The translations under genes and the position numbers were made by a program. DNA of 64,000 bases from Blastocladiella emersonii ATCC 22665 (lineage: Eukaryota; Fungi; Blastocladiomycota), in the NCBI GenBank assembly GCA_025594325.1, contig JANHCV010000013.1, positions 372,001-436,000 of the forward strand, in the 5' to 3' direction. Below are positions 1-11,933 of the stretch, piece by piece; positions within the stretch are counted from its first letter, which is position 1; each line of letters opens with the position of its first letter. The notes below the pieces were generated by a model. That model searched no databases. It was not told the DNA's origin and saw only the letters and a list, made by a program, of their open reading frames with translations.

Positions 1-1584
1 AGGGCAGGTGCACGGGACCGCACCGCACACGCGCATCGCTCATGCGGAAAGGAAAAACGTGCGACCACCGCATACCCTGTACACCGCACAGTACGTCGGG
101 CGCGTCGGCCTTCTCCACTGGGCGCTGATGCGGAGCCGTATAGCCGAGCCTACTCTAAATTGTTCTTGACCACTTGCGAGCCGGGCCACGACCGGCGCTT
201 GGTTTGTCGCCGTGTCTCCTGGGCTAGCGAGTCCGAACTCCAAAGCGTGATGTAGGCCGCCTACACGTGAACCGGCACCGATTGCGGACTGATGCGCTGA
301 TCAGGTCGCGCCTGGCGTACATACTCAAAGGGCTGCGTTTCGCGGCGCTTGGCTTCGTCGCGCGAGCACGCACGACCAGGGATCCCAACGTCAAACGAAG
401 CTCTGCACGCACCTGTAACGGAGACGCCGCAAGTAATATGCTCCTTGTGACGCATACTCCACCCGGTTTGGCTGAAAACCTTGCCTTGCTCCTCCGCGTT
501 GGCTATCCTCAGTGACCGCACGTGATGCGGCGGCGGCGCTTGTTCGACGTCGCCGCCGTTCCGACGCGAGCGTCAGGCTCCTCTGCACTCCTCCCCCCGT
601 GCCCCTGAGCTTGAACCACAGTCTATGCAATGAAGCCTTCTACGATGGAACAGCCGCCCGCAACCTTGAACCCGGCACCGGCGATTCGCGTCGTGCCCGC
701 CCGCGCTCCGCCGTACCGGGCCGCGGCCGACCTCGGCGGGCTGGTGTGGGATCCGCGAGGTACTTGCAGCCTTTCGTCTGCGTGGCTTCGTCTCCGCTCT
801 TCGAGTATACATGAGCACGGATCGCGCCATGCACCATCATCCTGCTTCTTACCCCCGCACCGACTCCCTCTCCCCCGACCGTGCCCCCATCACACGAGGA
901 ACTGCGCCTCGGTGTTTGGACGGCTCTGCCGTTGACATCAGCCCACGCGCCCGCTGCATCACATCGCCGAGGATGCGCGGCTGACCCCTAAACCTCGATT
1001 CGGCGCGGCGGCGGACACACACAACCCTCCCTCACCCACTCCCGCCTCGTCCTCCGAACCGCCACCAACCCCCACCAGCCGTCCTGACCCTCCGCAGCAC
1101 ATGGCGCGTCCCGGGCACCCTGATCGGGACGGTCCGGCGCGACCGCGGCAAGGCCGGGAAAGGCGCCGCGGCCGCCGCTGGCGAGATGGGCGACGGCATG
1201 CTCCCGGACGGCGGGCTCCCGCTGTACCTCGGACCGGCGGAGGTCGTGTACCTGCTCAGTCAAGGTGCGTGTTCTTCGCTCTCAGCGTCGCGTGATGTAC
1301 TGACTCGTTTGGCGGTGTAGGCGCGATCACGCTCGCGTGGCACGACGGCACGACCGAGATCTCCTCGCCCGCCTCTCTCCTCGCCGCGCTCGCGCTCCCC
1401 CAAAACTCGCGCAACTTCTTCGCACCCTCGTTCCGCGCCGAAGTCGCAGTCCTCTCGTCGCTGCACGGCGAACCCTTGCGGGAGATGTACACGGCGCACC
1501 CGGGCGGGTACGGGTGTACGATGCTCGCGTACCAAGGTCCGTCCATGCTCCCCGCGCGCCCTCGCACCAAACACCCCGACTCAC

Positions 1585-1760
1585 GCCGAACGTGTAGACG
1601 ACCCCATGACGTGCCACGCGGCCGCGACGGTGCACGCGGTGGCGGAACCGAGCGTCGACCTGCGCGAGTGGGTGGCGGCAGCGCGGGTCGGGTCGGCGAC
1701 GCAGAAGCGGGTCGTGTACGGTGCTCCCGCTGGCGGCGATGGCGAGGTGGGAGACTGTGA
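1585..1760 (-). pseudogene. Degenerate RCC1-like repeat fragment
   Basis: Minus strand reads AQVDARFRHRVHRRGRVARHGVVYTFG followed by a GTGAGT donor. This resembles the RCC1 repeat pattern (VQVAAGxxHS...GxVYTFG). No complete ORF. Confidence 0.25.
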
Positions 1761-2136
1761 GTGGTTGGGGGCGATTGGGAAGAACAAGGCGAGGATGTGG
1801 ACGGCAGCGTGGACGGGGTGGTAGGGTAATACATTACGCGGTGGTTCGTCAGCTGATAGTGGGGGGGGGGCGACTGAGAGAGGCGCGACGCTGCCTTGGG
1901 GTGCTGTTGGCGACGCGAGGGTCTCAGCTCTCCGCCACGTAGACGTTGACCTCTATATGAGCATGGACCATGAATCTTACTCCTCGGTGACCTGATGCAA
2001 CTTGTTTATGAGCGACTATCAGAGAGTTTGACGCAGCGGAGTGAAGCATTGCGCGACGATTCGTGGTCGGCCCAAGAGACTGCGTCGCACTTGAGCGCGA
2101 GGCGCGCAACGTCATCGCGGGACCCGATCGGGTCAG

Positions 2137-3325
2137 CTACACAACCACGAACAGGTCGCGCTCCCACAGGTACGCCATGAGTGTGGCCGACACTGCGCAG
2201 GGGAAAGGGTGGAGCAACCAGTCCCAGTACTCGCTGTTGAGCAGCGTGTTCGCGGCGCCCCCGTGCGCCTGCGCCGCGGGCCTGTCGTAGTTGGGCACGA
2301 AGTGGATAATGACGGCGTAGTGGCGACCGAATCCCATACCCGGATCCGCTGGATGCAGGGTGAGCGCCTGCACGGGAATGTCCTTGTGCATCATGGTGCT
2401 GCCCGGCGCGTCGTTCTGGATGCGGAGCTGCTTGGCGATGGCCACGTCGTGCACTCTGCAGTTGTTTGCGGAGTTCAGCGCGGTGGCCAGCTTCCCAACG
2501 CGGTACTTCTTGTCCGACGTGAGATACTACCGCACGCGCGAAAGCAGAGGTTAGCGACCAAATGATTTGGGCGTGAGCTCAGCAAACAGCGTACCATGAC
2601 CCAGTCCGCGTGCGGCTTGCCGCGGGTCGGGAACTGACACTTGCTCGTGAGCTGCTCGTTGCGGAAGCCACCGAGTTCCACGGGAGGCGCGGCTGGGCAG
2701 CGATGACGACTGGACTTGAATGGCGCGACGAGGAGCACGCACAGTGAAAAAGGGGCCCCGGTAAACAGCCAGGTAAACAGGTGATGAACAGGGTTTCCAG
2801 GCTGTAAACAGCCCTGTTTACATCGGCCAAATAAACAGCAGTTTAACGGGCTGTTTACCGCGGTTTACCACCTGTTTACCGGGGAGAGGTTAGGTTGAGA
2901 ATTCGGGCCTCAAATCAGCACTAAGCCCTGTCGAATTCAGCACCTAACTCGGCGGGTAAACCAGCTTTCCCTGGGCGGTAAACTGAGTTTACCGGCCGGT
3001 AAACAGGCTTTACAAAGGGCGGTAAAGCTGGTTTACCGACGGGAAACTCGGTTTACAGGTGGCGGAAACGCTGTTTACCGGGCGGAATTTAGAGCAATAA
3101 AAAAACCGAACCAGGGCCGGTTTTCGGCCCCGATCCTGTTCGGTTCTCACAGCACGCGCCGCTCGCGACCTGGCGCCCGTCCGGGTCGTAGGTGCAGAGC
3201 AGGCGGCGCACACGGTCGGGCGGGATGAGGGAAATGAGGTTGCATTGGTGGCAGCGAGGGTGAGGGGAGGAGGCGCGGCAGAGCGCCAAGGCAACGACGG
3301 GACGGTGGTGGCGATGAGCGAGTGC
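2137..3325 (-). pseudogene. Glycosyltransferase-like gene (GT34/GT8-like), interrupted by a MITE-like insertion
   Basis: Segments read LISLIPPDRVRRLLCTYDPDGRQVASG / VLLVAPFK...GGFRNEQ...DWVM, then intron 2527-2594 (GTACGC...GCTAAC...TAG), then YLTSDKKY...YAVIIHFVPNYD...WERDLFVVV*. The D..SGVLL, EQ and IIHF motifs resemble GT34/GT8. Split by the insertion at about 2741-3150. Confidence 0.35.
2741..3150. mobile_element. About 410-bp non-autonomous (MITE-like) element with GTAAAC/GTTTAC arrays
   Basis: Flanked by direct repeat AGCACGC (2734-2740 and 3151-3157). Two dense clusters of GTAAAC(AG)/(CT)GTTTAC motifs (about 2760-2885 and 2955-3080). Ends only weakly inverted (CAGTGAAAA vs CTGTGAGAA). 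Interrupts a coding frame. Exact termini ambiguous by 1-6 bp. Confidence 0.6.
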
Positions 3326-3564
3326 TACGGGCGACGGTGACCCGTCAGTGCATGGTCGCGGTCGCTGGATGGAAGGGGACGCGTACCACAAGCGCGGAAC
3401 GGGCTTGATGCGCGGTGCGGCGCCCAGACACGCACTCATTGCGGTCGAGTGAGTCGCGTTGCGCGCCGAGGCGCGCGAGCAGACGGCGTACCGTGTTGCC
3501 GCGTGGCGAGGCGGCGGGACCCGCGGCACGGCGGGTGCGGGGCGCTCGAGGTGCTATACGACAA

Positions 3565-4534
3565 GAGGCGAGTCGGAGACGCGCTGGCCGCGGGACCGAG
3601 CCGAGCGAGCGTACCCGCGACACGCGGACTCGAGCCGTGTGGCGGCTGCAGACGGGCGGCTCGAACCAGACCACCACCGCTCTCTACAGTCGGGCGCGGT
3701 GAGACCGAGGCTCGCGGAACTGACGCGCAGCCAGCAACGTACAGTGTGGCGCGCGGCCAGGTCGATGATCGGGTACTCGTGAGTCAAAGGGCTTGAGACC
3801 ACGGACTCGGACGCGCGCGCGGCCAGCTACACGAGCGCCGCTCCGTCGTTAGTCCCATTGGTTCATGCGCGCGCGGCTGTCGACGCGGCGGGTGCGTCTC
3901 CTCGCGCTGCGCCGTGCCCTGTCGCCGCAAGGCAGAGTCCAGGCGGGGCCAGCTCACAACAGCGCGTCGCGCGCACGTGAGACATGCGCACGCACGGCGG
4001 CGACATGATGGCGGCAAGACAGCACCCACGGCGCGATGACGGCAGGACAGCTCGCGCGGTACAGCGCGGTGGCGAGCGTGGCCGGCGGCAGCGTGCCGGG
4101 CTCTCGCCGTAACGTTCGTTGCGACTGGAGCCAAGCGCGGCGACGGCGAGCGCGGCGCAGCGAGGAGGCAGCGAGGCGCGCGGGGCGTACCCAGTGGCGG
4201 TGGACGACGAGGCTGCAGCGCGGCGATGATTAGCGTGATTCGTGGTGGGGCGGATGCATTGACAGAGCGTGGGCGGGGAGCAGCCGCCGCGCGGCGGCAA
4301 GTCCTGAGACCGCCGGCCGACGCGCGCCGAGTCACCAGCCCAGCCACGTCACGTGCCAATGACCCCCACGTGTTTTCTCGACGCGTCTCACAGCTCGTCT
4401 CACGGTCCGCCAAGCTGCAACTCCCCGACGGCGAGGTTGAGCTCGATAGAGCGTGACAAAGGAATCGATATTTACAACAGCGGCGCGGGGAACGAGGAGA
4501 ACGAAATCACGGCAAGGTCAGCCCCGCGGCCTGG
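3565..4534. repeat. Copy 1 of an inverted duplication (partner 60423-61386)
   Basis: 3713-4534 is the near-identical reverse complement of 60423-61244 (822 bp; two substitutions noticed; identical 209-aa and 145-aa ORF-track translations). 3565-3712 is a more diverged extension. Confidence 0.95.
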
Positions 4535-4584
4535 GCCCGCTCAGACGCCTGTCGTAAATATGCAATACATGGATTGAAATCGAT

Positions 4585-5322
4585 TTATTGACACGTTGCT
4601 GGGAGAGAGAGAACACGCGAGCACTTGGGCTTTGGCGGAGGAGAGCGGCCGCGACGCGTCGCCGGCAGCGGGGTGAGGTGGAAATCAAGCCCACGTGAGC
4701 GCGAGATCAGCTGCGAGGTGGGCCCACCCGGCGCATTTTGGCTGCAAACGACAATAAGGACGTCCTCCCCGCGTCGCACACGAGAAACGATCATGTACAG
4801 GAAGCGCGAAGGGAGCGATCCGTGTGTCATTTTGGCCAGGTCAACAATGACCTTGTCCAAGGTCATGCTTTGGGCCTTGTGCGGTGTCAACGCATACATG
4901 AGCTTGAGCGGGAACTGGGCTCAATGGATTGTCCTTGAGATTCTAAACTCCTTCTCCTTGAAGTGGAAAGACGTGATCGCGCAGCGCAGCGGGAAGCAAC
5001 CGTTGGGGAGGCGCAGGAGCATGGGCACGCTAAACCGTCAAAGCGGGTGTGTGGTTGACAAGGGTCGGCCAGTGGGCGGTGACGGAAGCGCTGCGTTGTG
5101 GTCGCGGGACAAGACGCTCCACGCAAAAGATTGGGGTCGAGCTGCTTCGCTGGTCGCAGGGTGCAAGCCGTTGAGGGCTAATACAAGATGTGTCGCGGTC
5201 GTTTTGTGAGCCAGAGGCGAATCCATCAAGGACGGAAGGACGGCGATACTAATGTTGGGTCCAAGCACGCGTTTGAGCTCGGCCAACAACTTCCACTCGG
5301 CGAATTCTGGCATGGAGGACAT
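4585..5322 (-). pseudogene. PIF1/RecD-like (SF1B) helicase C-terminal remnant, possibly Helitron-derived
   Basis: QFPLKLMYALTPHKAQSMTLDKVIVDL...LYMIVSRVR matches helicase motifs V-VI. The same frame upstream has two in-frame TGA stops (HPL*RFS; TIH*AQFP). Motifs I-IV not recognisable. Confidence 0.7.
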
Positions 5323-6833
5323 GCTGAGCTCGACAGGTGTGGCGGAGACAAGAAATGTGGCGGCGGCGAGAAGGGAGAGGTGCCACGGTCCTGGTTTGGT
5401 ATGTGAGCGTGATTGCGAGCCTGAAGCAAGCAGTGAAACTGTAACTTGTGGTGACCCTTCGGGTGCGCCTCGATTACGGCGATGCCGAGAATTGCAACGT
5501 GCAACGCCAAGAATCGAGTCATACGCCTTGATTGCGCGGTATATGGTCGAAATGAGAACAGGACGCGGGAGTACGCAGCGTCCTTGGCAGCAACGCGGTC
5601 AAGCATCGCCATGATGCGATTGGTGAAAGCAAAGTCCAGCCTCATTACCCTCGTAGCGTGCTCGGACGGTCGACGCTAAGAGGCGCGCGGGCGAGGATGA
5701 GCTGTAGCATCAGGTTGACGGCGGTGGCTGGCGTCGCGCCGCCAAGGGCGCCCGCGGCTGACGAGAGTCAAAGGTGTTGGCAAGTTGGCGGTAAATATTG
5801 GGGACGGCAGGTGCGAAGGTAAGGCTGAACCGGTGGGTTGGCAGCAAGCTCGGCGACAAGGCGGGAAAGCTCGCTGGGCTCAGCCGTGGCGGGTCTGCCG
5901 TTCGTCGGTTTGCCAATGAAATATGAGAAAGAAGCACGGAGCGTTCCGCACGGGTTGAACCGATGGCATGAGTGCTCATTTCAAGGTGTAGTTCTGTTGG
6001 CGCGATGAGGTGGAAAGACGGCCCCTCGAGAAATAACCGGTCCCGCCGCCGCTAAACTTTAAGTCCCACCGTTCGGGACAAGAACGGCACTGGTTGGCTC
6101 CCTTGACCAGGACGAATTTATTGCATGTAGTTTCATAGGGTGAATTTCATTGCGATTTGAGCAGTAGGGTGACAATGTTCGGCCGGGCTGGACTTGCGAT
6201 TCGGCTGGGCTCATTCCCGCATCAGCGTGACTGCCTGCCACTCCCATCGCGACGCGTTTCGACGCGTTTTGATCTCCCTGTCACACCTGAATCATCGGCT
6301 TCCTCGATTTTCTCTCACCTAAGGAATATCGGGTACGAAACTCCGTGGGCGAGGCCAAAAGAGACCCCGCACAAGCCGCTGCGGTCAGGACTGCGTCATA
6401 TCGCTTGTCAAGAATTGGAATCGCAGCGATTCGCGATGCATACGTTGGCCGATGCGCGCACGCGCGTACCGGTGGAGAAAGGCCTGGTTCCGCGATGGTT
6501 GCAGTGAACGGGGAGCGTCAGGTCCAGACTGCCGAGCAGGCCGTTGACGTTCGGGCGCTCAATTTTGAGCCCGCGTGGTAGCCGACCTCGCCAAACTGGT
6601 CTAGGGCAAGTGGTCCGGTCTTCCGAGTCGCGGTCGGTGCCTAATGCTGGTCATTTCTCCGCCACCAGTATCTCACAAATACGCTCTGATGCTTCGTTTG
6701 GTGCGCCTGTTCAAAGTCACTGATCCACCTCACTCACGCCGCAACCGGAGTTTTGATGGAAACTTCTTGTAGACACGAAAGCCAACTGAAAACAACAACA
6801 CGCGCAAGTACCCACATTCAAACACGACGCCAT

Positions 6834-9800
6834 CTAGTGGTCGGGGATCAAGTACGCCTCGAGCTCCTTGGTCGCCGCCGCGATCCCGTCCGCGTCGCTC
6901 ATGAGCTTGCTGAGCGCGATCCGCGCCTCGAGCTCGCGGCGCCCGTTCGCGCGCGACCGCCCAAGCGACAGCCGCTGCCGGGCGAGGTTGATACTCTTCT
7001 GGACACCAGCCAACCCGTGCAGCGAGTAGAGCGCGAGCCGCGTGATCGAGCGCTTGTGGTTCGGGCAGTGGTCGAGCGCGACCTTGTAGTCGGCGAGCGC
7101 GCGCTTGCGGAACATGTCGGCGTCGGCAACGCGCAGGTTGAACTCGCGCTCGGCCTCAGACATCTCCTTCCTCTTGGCCCCGTCCCGCACAAGCTTGGCG
7201 CGCTCGAGGATGAGCTCGGCCCGCGCAAAGTGCACGTCAGCGCGCCCGCCGTGGACGCGCGCGAGTTGCTGCGGGTCAAACAGGACCGCGCGGCCCGGAT
7301 GCGTCGTGTCCGCGTACGCGCGCTCGTACAGGCGGAGCGCCTCGTCGAGCTGCTTCTCGCGGAGCGCGAGCTGCTCCTGGACGGTAAGCTTGGGCTTGCC
7401 CTTGACGGCCTTGGCCGCCGCCACGGCGTCGGGCCACCCGCGCGATTCCTTGCCAAGCTGGAAGAACAGCAGGTCGCCGAGCCCCGCGCACGCGTAGTCG
7501 CAGCCCTGCTCTGCCGCCATCGCGTACAGGTGCCACGCAATGTCCCACGACTCGGACTCGGCGAGGTCGACCGCGGGCACCCGCGCGACCGCGCCGTAGT
7601 AGTACAAGTCGGCCGCCGCGACGAGCGCCATGGGCACGCTGCCCGACGCACCCGCACGAAGCAGTTTGAGGACGACTTCGCGGACGTCATAGTCGGGCTG
7701 ATCGAACGGCGTGCGCGAGATCTGGATCGGGCGTAGCGCCGAGTGGTAGAGAAAGGTCGCCTGATCGTGTGAGAGAAACCCGGACTGCTCGCCGACGGCG
7801 CGCTTGAACGTTTCAAGCTGCGTCGCGTCGATGATGGTCGCCGAGTGCGTCGTCACGTCCGTAATCATGTCAAGCTCCTGGCCCGAAAGATCGCTGGCCG
7901 CCGCACCGACCGTGGTCCGCAGTTTGCCAAGCACGAGCTCAAGGACGTTGACGGTATTCGCAATCGAAAGCGCATCGTCGCCGTCACCGGTCGGAACAAG
8001 CGACGCCTTCTCGATCGACTCAACAAGCACACGCAGCGGGTGAATGGGTGTATCGTTGGTCGGATCATCATCCAAGTCGCGCTCAGAGATTTCGTCCGTG
8101 ACGACGTGGTCGCGGATAAGCTTAGCCAGCGCGAGCATGTCGGCCTGCATCTTCTCGAGGAGCGGAAGCGGCTGAGAGTCACCATCGAGGCCCGCAATCG
8201 GAAGCTTGGCCTGCGCGTACCCGAGCCCTGGGTTGCGAGTAAACACGACGCGGTCCGCCGCGAGTCCAACGGGAAGCAGCTCGGACTGCATCAGGTACAG
8301 GGCGCCATGGAGCTCGGCCAAGCCGTTGGAAAGATCAAACAGCGCCTGGACTCGATCAACAAGCGGCAGATCATCAAGTCGAAGGTCGGGCAGAACGCGC
8401 TCAGCGACGATGCCCCAGCTGCCGCCAGTTGCGCCAGAAGGCGGAAGGACGCCGTACACGCGGCGCGAGTGCGAGAAAGTCACGGATGGCATTGAAGCGA
8501 TGGTAAGCGTCGAGAGGACGGCCTCGGCGCGGTCAGCGGGGCACTCGAGCAGCTCCACGTCCTCGGCGCCAAAAAGCAAAGCATGACCCCACGGAGAGCG
8601 ACCGGAGCCGTTCGCCAGCTCAACGTCGGACCAGTCAAAAAAAACCTGGCTGAAGAGTCCCTCGGTGTGTTCCGCGGCGGCCGTGTCAATCAGCTCAAGC
8701 ACGCGCTTCTGGTTCGACATGGCCGCGACCGCGTCAGCGCTCGCCGCAGCAAGCGCCTTCGGACCAAACTTGAGCCCCTTGACAGCATCCTCGGACAAAA
8801 CACCAAGCCCGAGCTTCTTGGCCGCGGCAAGCAGGGAAGCTTGGGCATTGGCCAAGGCGGCCGGGAACGAAGTGCTAAACTTGATCGCGACCTCAGAAAG
8901 CGCATCGGCCTCGCCCTCCTCGCTCCAATCGTTGCCGCGCGCCATCGCCAGCGCCTCGCTCACAGCCTTGGCGGGCAAGTCAAGCGCGTCGAGAAATTTT
9001 TGAAAGCGCGCCGGCGGCTTCCCTGCGGCCGCCCAGCCAAACTTCGGCGCGATCACGCGCGCGTAATCGAGCGTGGTCTCGCCGCGTGGGCCCGTGAGTC
9101 CAAGGTGCTCGAGAAGGCGGGACACGGTGGTCTCGGCGAGCTCGATGGCCTTGTCCGCGGCGCTGCGGCCAATCGTAAGGTCGGAAGCAAGGCGGCGCAG
9201 CGTCGCGCACTTGGTCTCGGCGAACACGACCCAGCCGGCGTACTTCCACACGAGCCAGTCGGGAAGCAAAAGCGTCGCTGGATCAAGGTTGGCATCAAAG
9301 TCGGCCTGCGGGCCGTTGGTCGGGCGCGAGGGAAGCGGGAAAGCCTTGTCTAGCCGAAGCACCGAAACGCGAGCTGACCGGCTGCTGCCCGCCATGCGCG
9401 AGACGCACTCGAGGTCGTCCATCGACACGGCGTCGCTGTGGTGGGAAATGAACCGCTCGATGGCCAAGCAGGCAGCGGTCCGCGCCTCGGCGTTGCTGGC
9501 AAAGAATTCGGCATAAAGCTGGTCAATCGCGCCTGGCAACGAGGCCTCGAACATTTCCAAGTCGAGCAAGTGCGACGCGCCCTGCGGCACAATGTGCTTC
9601 CAGAGCGCCGCGATCTGCGGGTTGGCAATGTCCTTGAGGAACGGCGACACGATTTGAAGCTCCTTGACGGCCGCCTGGATTTCAAGGATGAGCTGAAGCT
9701 GCTGTTTCTGCGACGCCTGGTGCTGCTCGAGAAGTGCCAAAGCACGCGCGGTCTTGTCGGCCTGGCGCTCGAGCGCGTTGAAGTTAGGAGCTGCGACCTT

Positions 9801-10704
9801 CGACGCCTCGCTCGTCTCGCGAGTGACACGGCGCTGGATCGCAATCGAGGCGACCGACGTGTGCGCGTGCAAGTCCTGCAGCATCTCGTCAACGCACTGG
9901 TCCAGGTCCTTGAGGTCGCGCTGGAAGCTGTCGGCAAACCACGCGCGCTTGAAGCCGCCCGTGTCGGCGAAAGCGTCCAAGTCGGCGGTCACCTTCTGCA
10001 TCAGCGACGTCGAGTGCTCGAGTCGCTCAAAGAAGAGGTTGAGGTGGTGCTGCGAAAGCGCGTTGCCCGCGGCGCCCGAAATCCGGTCGTGCAAGTCCTG
10101 CACGATGTTGATGATCGACTGCAGCTTGCTGTACACGACCTGCGTCGTCATGAGGTTCCCAAGCGAGGTCTGCCGGACGCGCTCGAAACTACGCATCGTG
10201 CCCGAGTCCCGAAAGTCAGTTACGTGGCGGTCAAGGCGGCTCCGCTCGTCGTACGTACGCAGTCAAACAATTCCAGATCGGACCCGTGGCCTTGAGCGGC
10301 TTGATAAAGGGCACCATGGCGACCTGGACGGCCGGGTGGGAGAACACATCAAAGACGCGAACCGCGTCGCAGCGGCGCTTGAGGGCGGCCTTGCGCAGCC
10401 GGACCTCGTCGCCGTTGAGGTCCGACTTGAGCGAGGTCAGGCGCGTCGCCATGTCTGGTTCGCACCCGGCCTGCTCAGCCGCACCACCGTGAGCGACGAG
10501 TGCATGCTCGCCGTCGCCGTCGCTGTCGCTGTCGCTGTCCTGGTGGCGGCGCACGGGGGCTGTCGGCGCCGGGCGGTGGACCACGGCGTCGGGGGACTGC
10601 AACATCATCGTGGTTCTGCAGAGGATCGTCGGGGGGAGCGCGGGCGGGGAGCTCGGTCCTCGCGAGTCGGTGCTGCATGGTCCGAGCTGGTTCGAGCTCT
10701 GCAC
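6834..10704 (-). CDS. About 1250-aa protein: N-terminal MLKL-like helical bundle, degenerate pseudokinase, C-terminal Sel1/TPR-like repeats
   Basis: ORF 10231-10704 splices in frame to the 1120-aa ORF through intron 10189-10258 (GTACGT...CTGAC...TAG; NCLT-A-FERV). N-terminus VPFIKPL...GGFKRAWFADSFQRDLKDLDQ resembles MLKL_NTD-type bundles. Middle RVYGV...WGIVAERV...ALFDLSNGLAELH...AKL is kinase-like without VAIK/HRD/DFG. C-terminus AAADLYYYG, YAMAAEQGCDYACAGLG, LALYSLHG are Sel1-like. Start codon uncertain (10704 or 10608). Confidence 0.7.
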
Positions 10705-10952
10705 ACCGCACGGTTGACGCGGTGCCGCTCGCCCTGCACCGCGCTCGCTGGCCGCGGTGCACTCGGCGTTCGCCTCAAGTCACCGCGCCTCGGGCGGGCG
10801 CTTCGGTGCTGACCGACGACGACAAGGCAGACCTGTGTGTCAGCAGTTCGACTGCAGAGGCACTAGCAGCAGTATCCTGAGAGAAGCTGTGTACCCAGTA
10901 CTAACGAATTCTTACACAAATGCGATTCAGAAACACATCATCATCCGGCACA

Positions 10953-11933
10953 TCAACCCAGGAGCTCGTTGACCTTGGCCAGCGCGTTCTTGATCTCGGG
11001 CTCGACATCGACCAGGTCCGAGTCCTCGGCGGAAAATTCGAGGTCGAGGATGACGGACACGAGCTCCGAGGCGATGGACTCAGCAGCGGGGTCGTTGTGG
11101 TCGATGAACATGGCCTCCTGGACCTCGCTGATGACGGCGGCGAGTCCCGACAGCTCGCTCGCGGGCCCGTTCTCCGGGTCGGCGGCGTGGGACTCGGGCT
11201 CGCACATGTACAGCACGTCGAGCTGCGCGCGTAGGTCGGGCAGCGAGATGTACACGTTGCTCGACGAGATGCGCAGCGGGCGGTTGAGGAACATGGGCCG
11301 GTCGCCGCCGAGCTTGGTGTTGGCGCGCGTGTGCCAAATCAGCGCGGCCTGCAGCACGTCGCGCACCCACAGCAGCGCGAGCTTGGGCGTCAGCGGCGTG
11401 GTCGACGGTTTGAGCGAGATGCGCTGCCCGAGCGCCGCAGGACCGGCGGCGCCATCGTCGCACGACATGGTCTTGCCCGTGTTGGCCTTGGTCGCGGGCG
11501 ACAAGGCGCGCTCCTTGCCCGCCTCGTTCCACTGGCGCAGCAGCGACGCGAGCGAGCCGGCGCCTGCGGGCGTCGCGACCAGGAGCGTGTTCTTGTTGGC
11601 GCCGTCGCCGGCGATGCCCGCGATCAGGACGACCTGGCGGTGCGACACGGCGAAGGCGGCGAGCGAGAGGAGGTCGACGAGCAGCTCCGCCTTGGCCTCG
11701 GTGTCGTCGGCGTCGCTCGGCGAGAGGGCGCGCACGACCACGACGGCATCGTCGTTGCCCTTGAAGGCGAGCCACCGCGCGTGGTTCTTGGCCGGCGCGG
11801 GCGCGGGCGCATCGGCAGACGTGACGGGACGGCGTTCGCGGAACGACTCGGCGGGGCACCACATGGCGCCGAGGATCGACTCGTACAGCGCGCCGCTCGC
11901 GACTTCGAGGATTTCGGCTTCGGTGTTGGTCAT
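10953..11933 (-). CDS. Stand-alone 326-aa pseudokinase-like protein
   Basis: Intronless ORF with strong GC3 bias. Kinase-fold order: VVVRAL (VAIK position), ELLVDLLSL, HRQVVLIAG, LLVATPAGAGSLASLL, LLWVRDVLQAALIWH, NRPLRISSSNVYI. Catalytic K, HRD and DFG absent. Confidence 0.6.
   Translation of the reverse strand: MTNTEAEILEVASGALYESILGAMWCPAESFRERRPVTSADAPAPAPAKNHARWLAFKGNDDAVVVVRALSPSDADDTEAKAELLVDLLSLAAFAVSHRQVVLIAGIAGDGANKNTLLVATPAGAGSLASLLRQWNEAGKERALSPATKANTGKTMSCDDGAAGPAALGQRISLKPSTTPLTPKLALLWVRDVLQAALIWHTRANTKLGGDRPMFLNRPLRISSSNVYISLPDLRAQLDVLYMCEPESHAADPENGPASELSGLAAVISEVQEAMFIDHNDPAAESIASELVSVILDLEFSAEDSDLVDVEPEIKNALAKVNELLG

Noticed and set aside
1-850. Possible zinc-finger fragments (CRVQGCGRLFHR; GKVFSQTGWSMRHKEH)
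   Set aside because: Motifs are incomplete and lie in different frames; no consistent splice model.
2740-2780. CACAGTG at the MITE end as a RAG/Transib RSS heptamer
   Set aside because: No ACAAAAACC nonamer at 12- or 23-bp spacing, no matching CACTGTG right end, and no Transib/RAG-like ORF.
3713-4534. The 822-bp repeat as a solo LTR or Helitron 3' end
   Set aside because: Identity runs past the TGTCAC/GTGACA-like site, there is no correctly oriented PPT or PBS, no TSD, and the CTGG end is not followed by T or preceded by a convincing hairpin.
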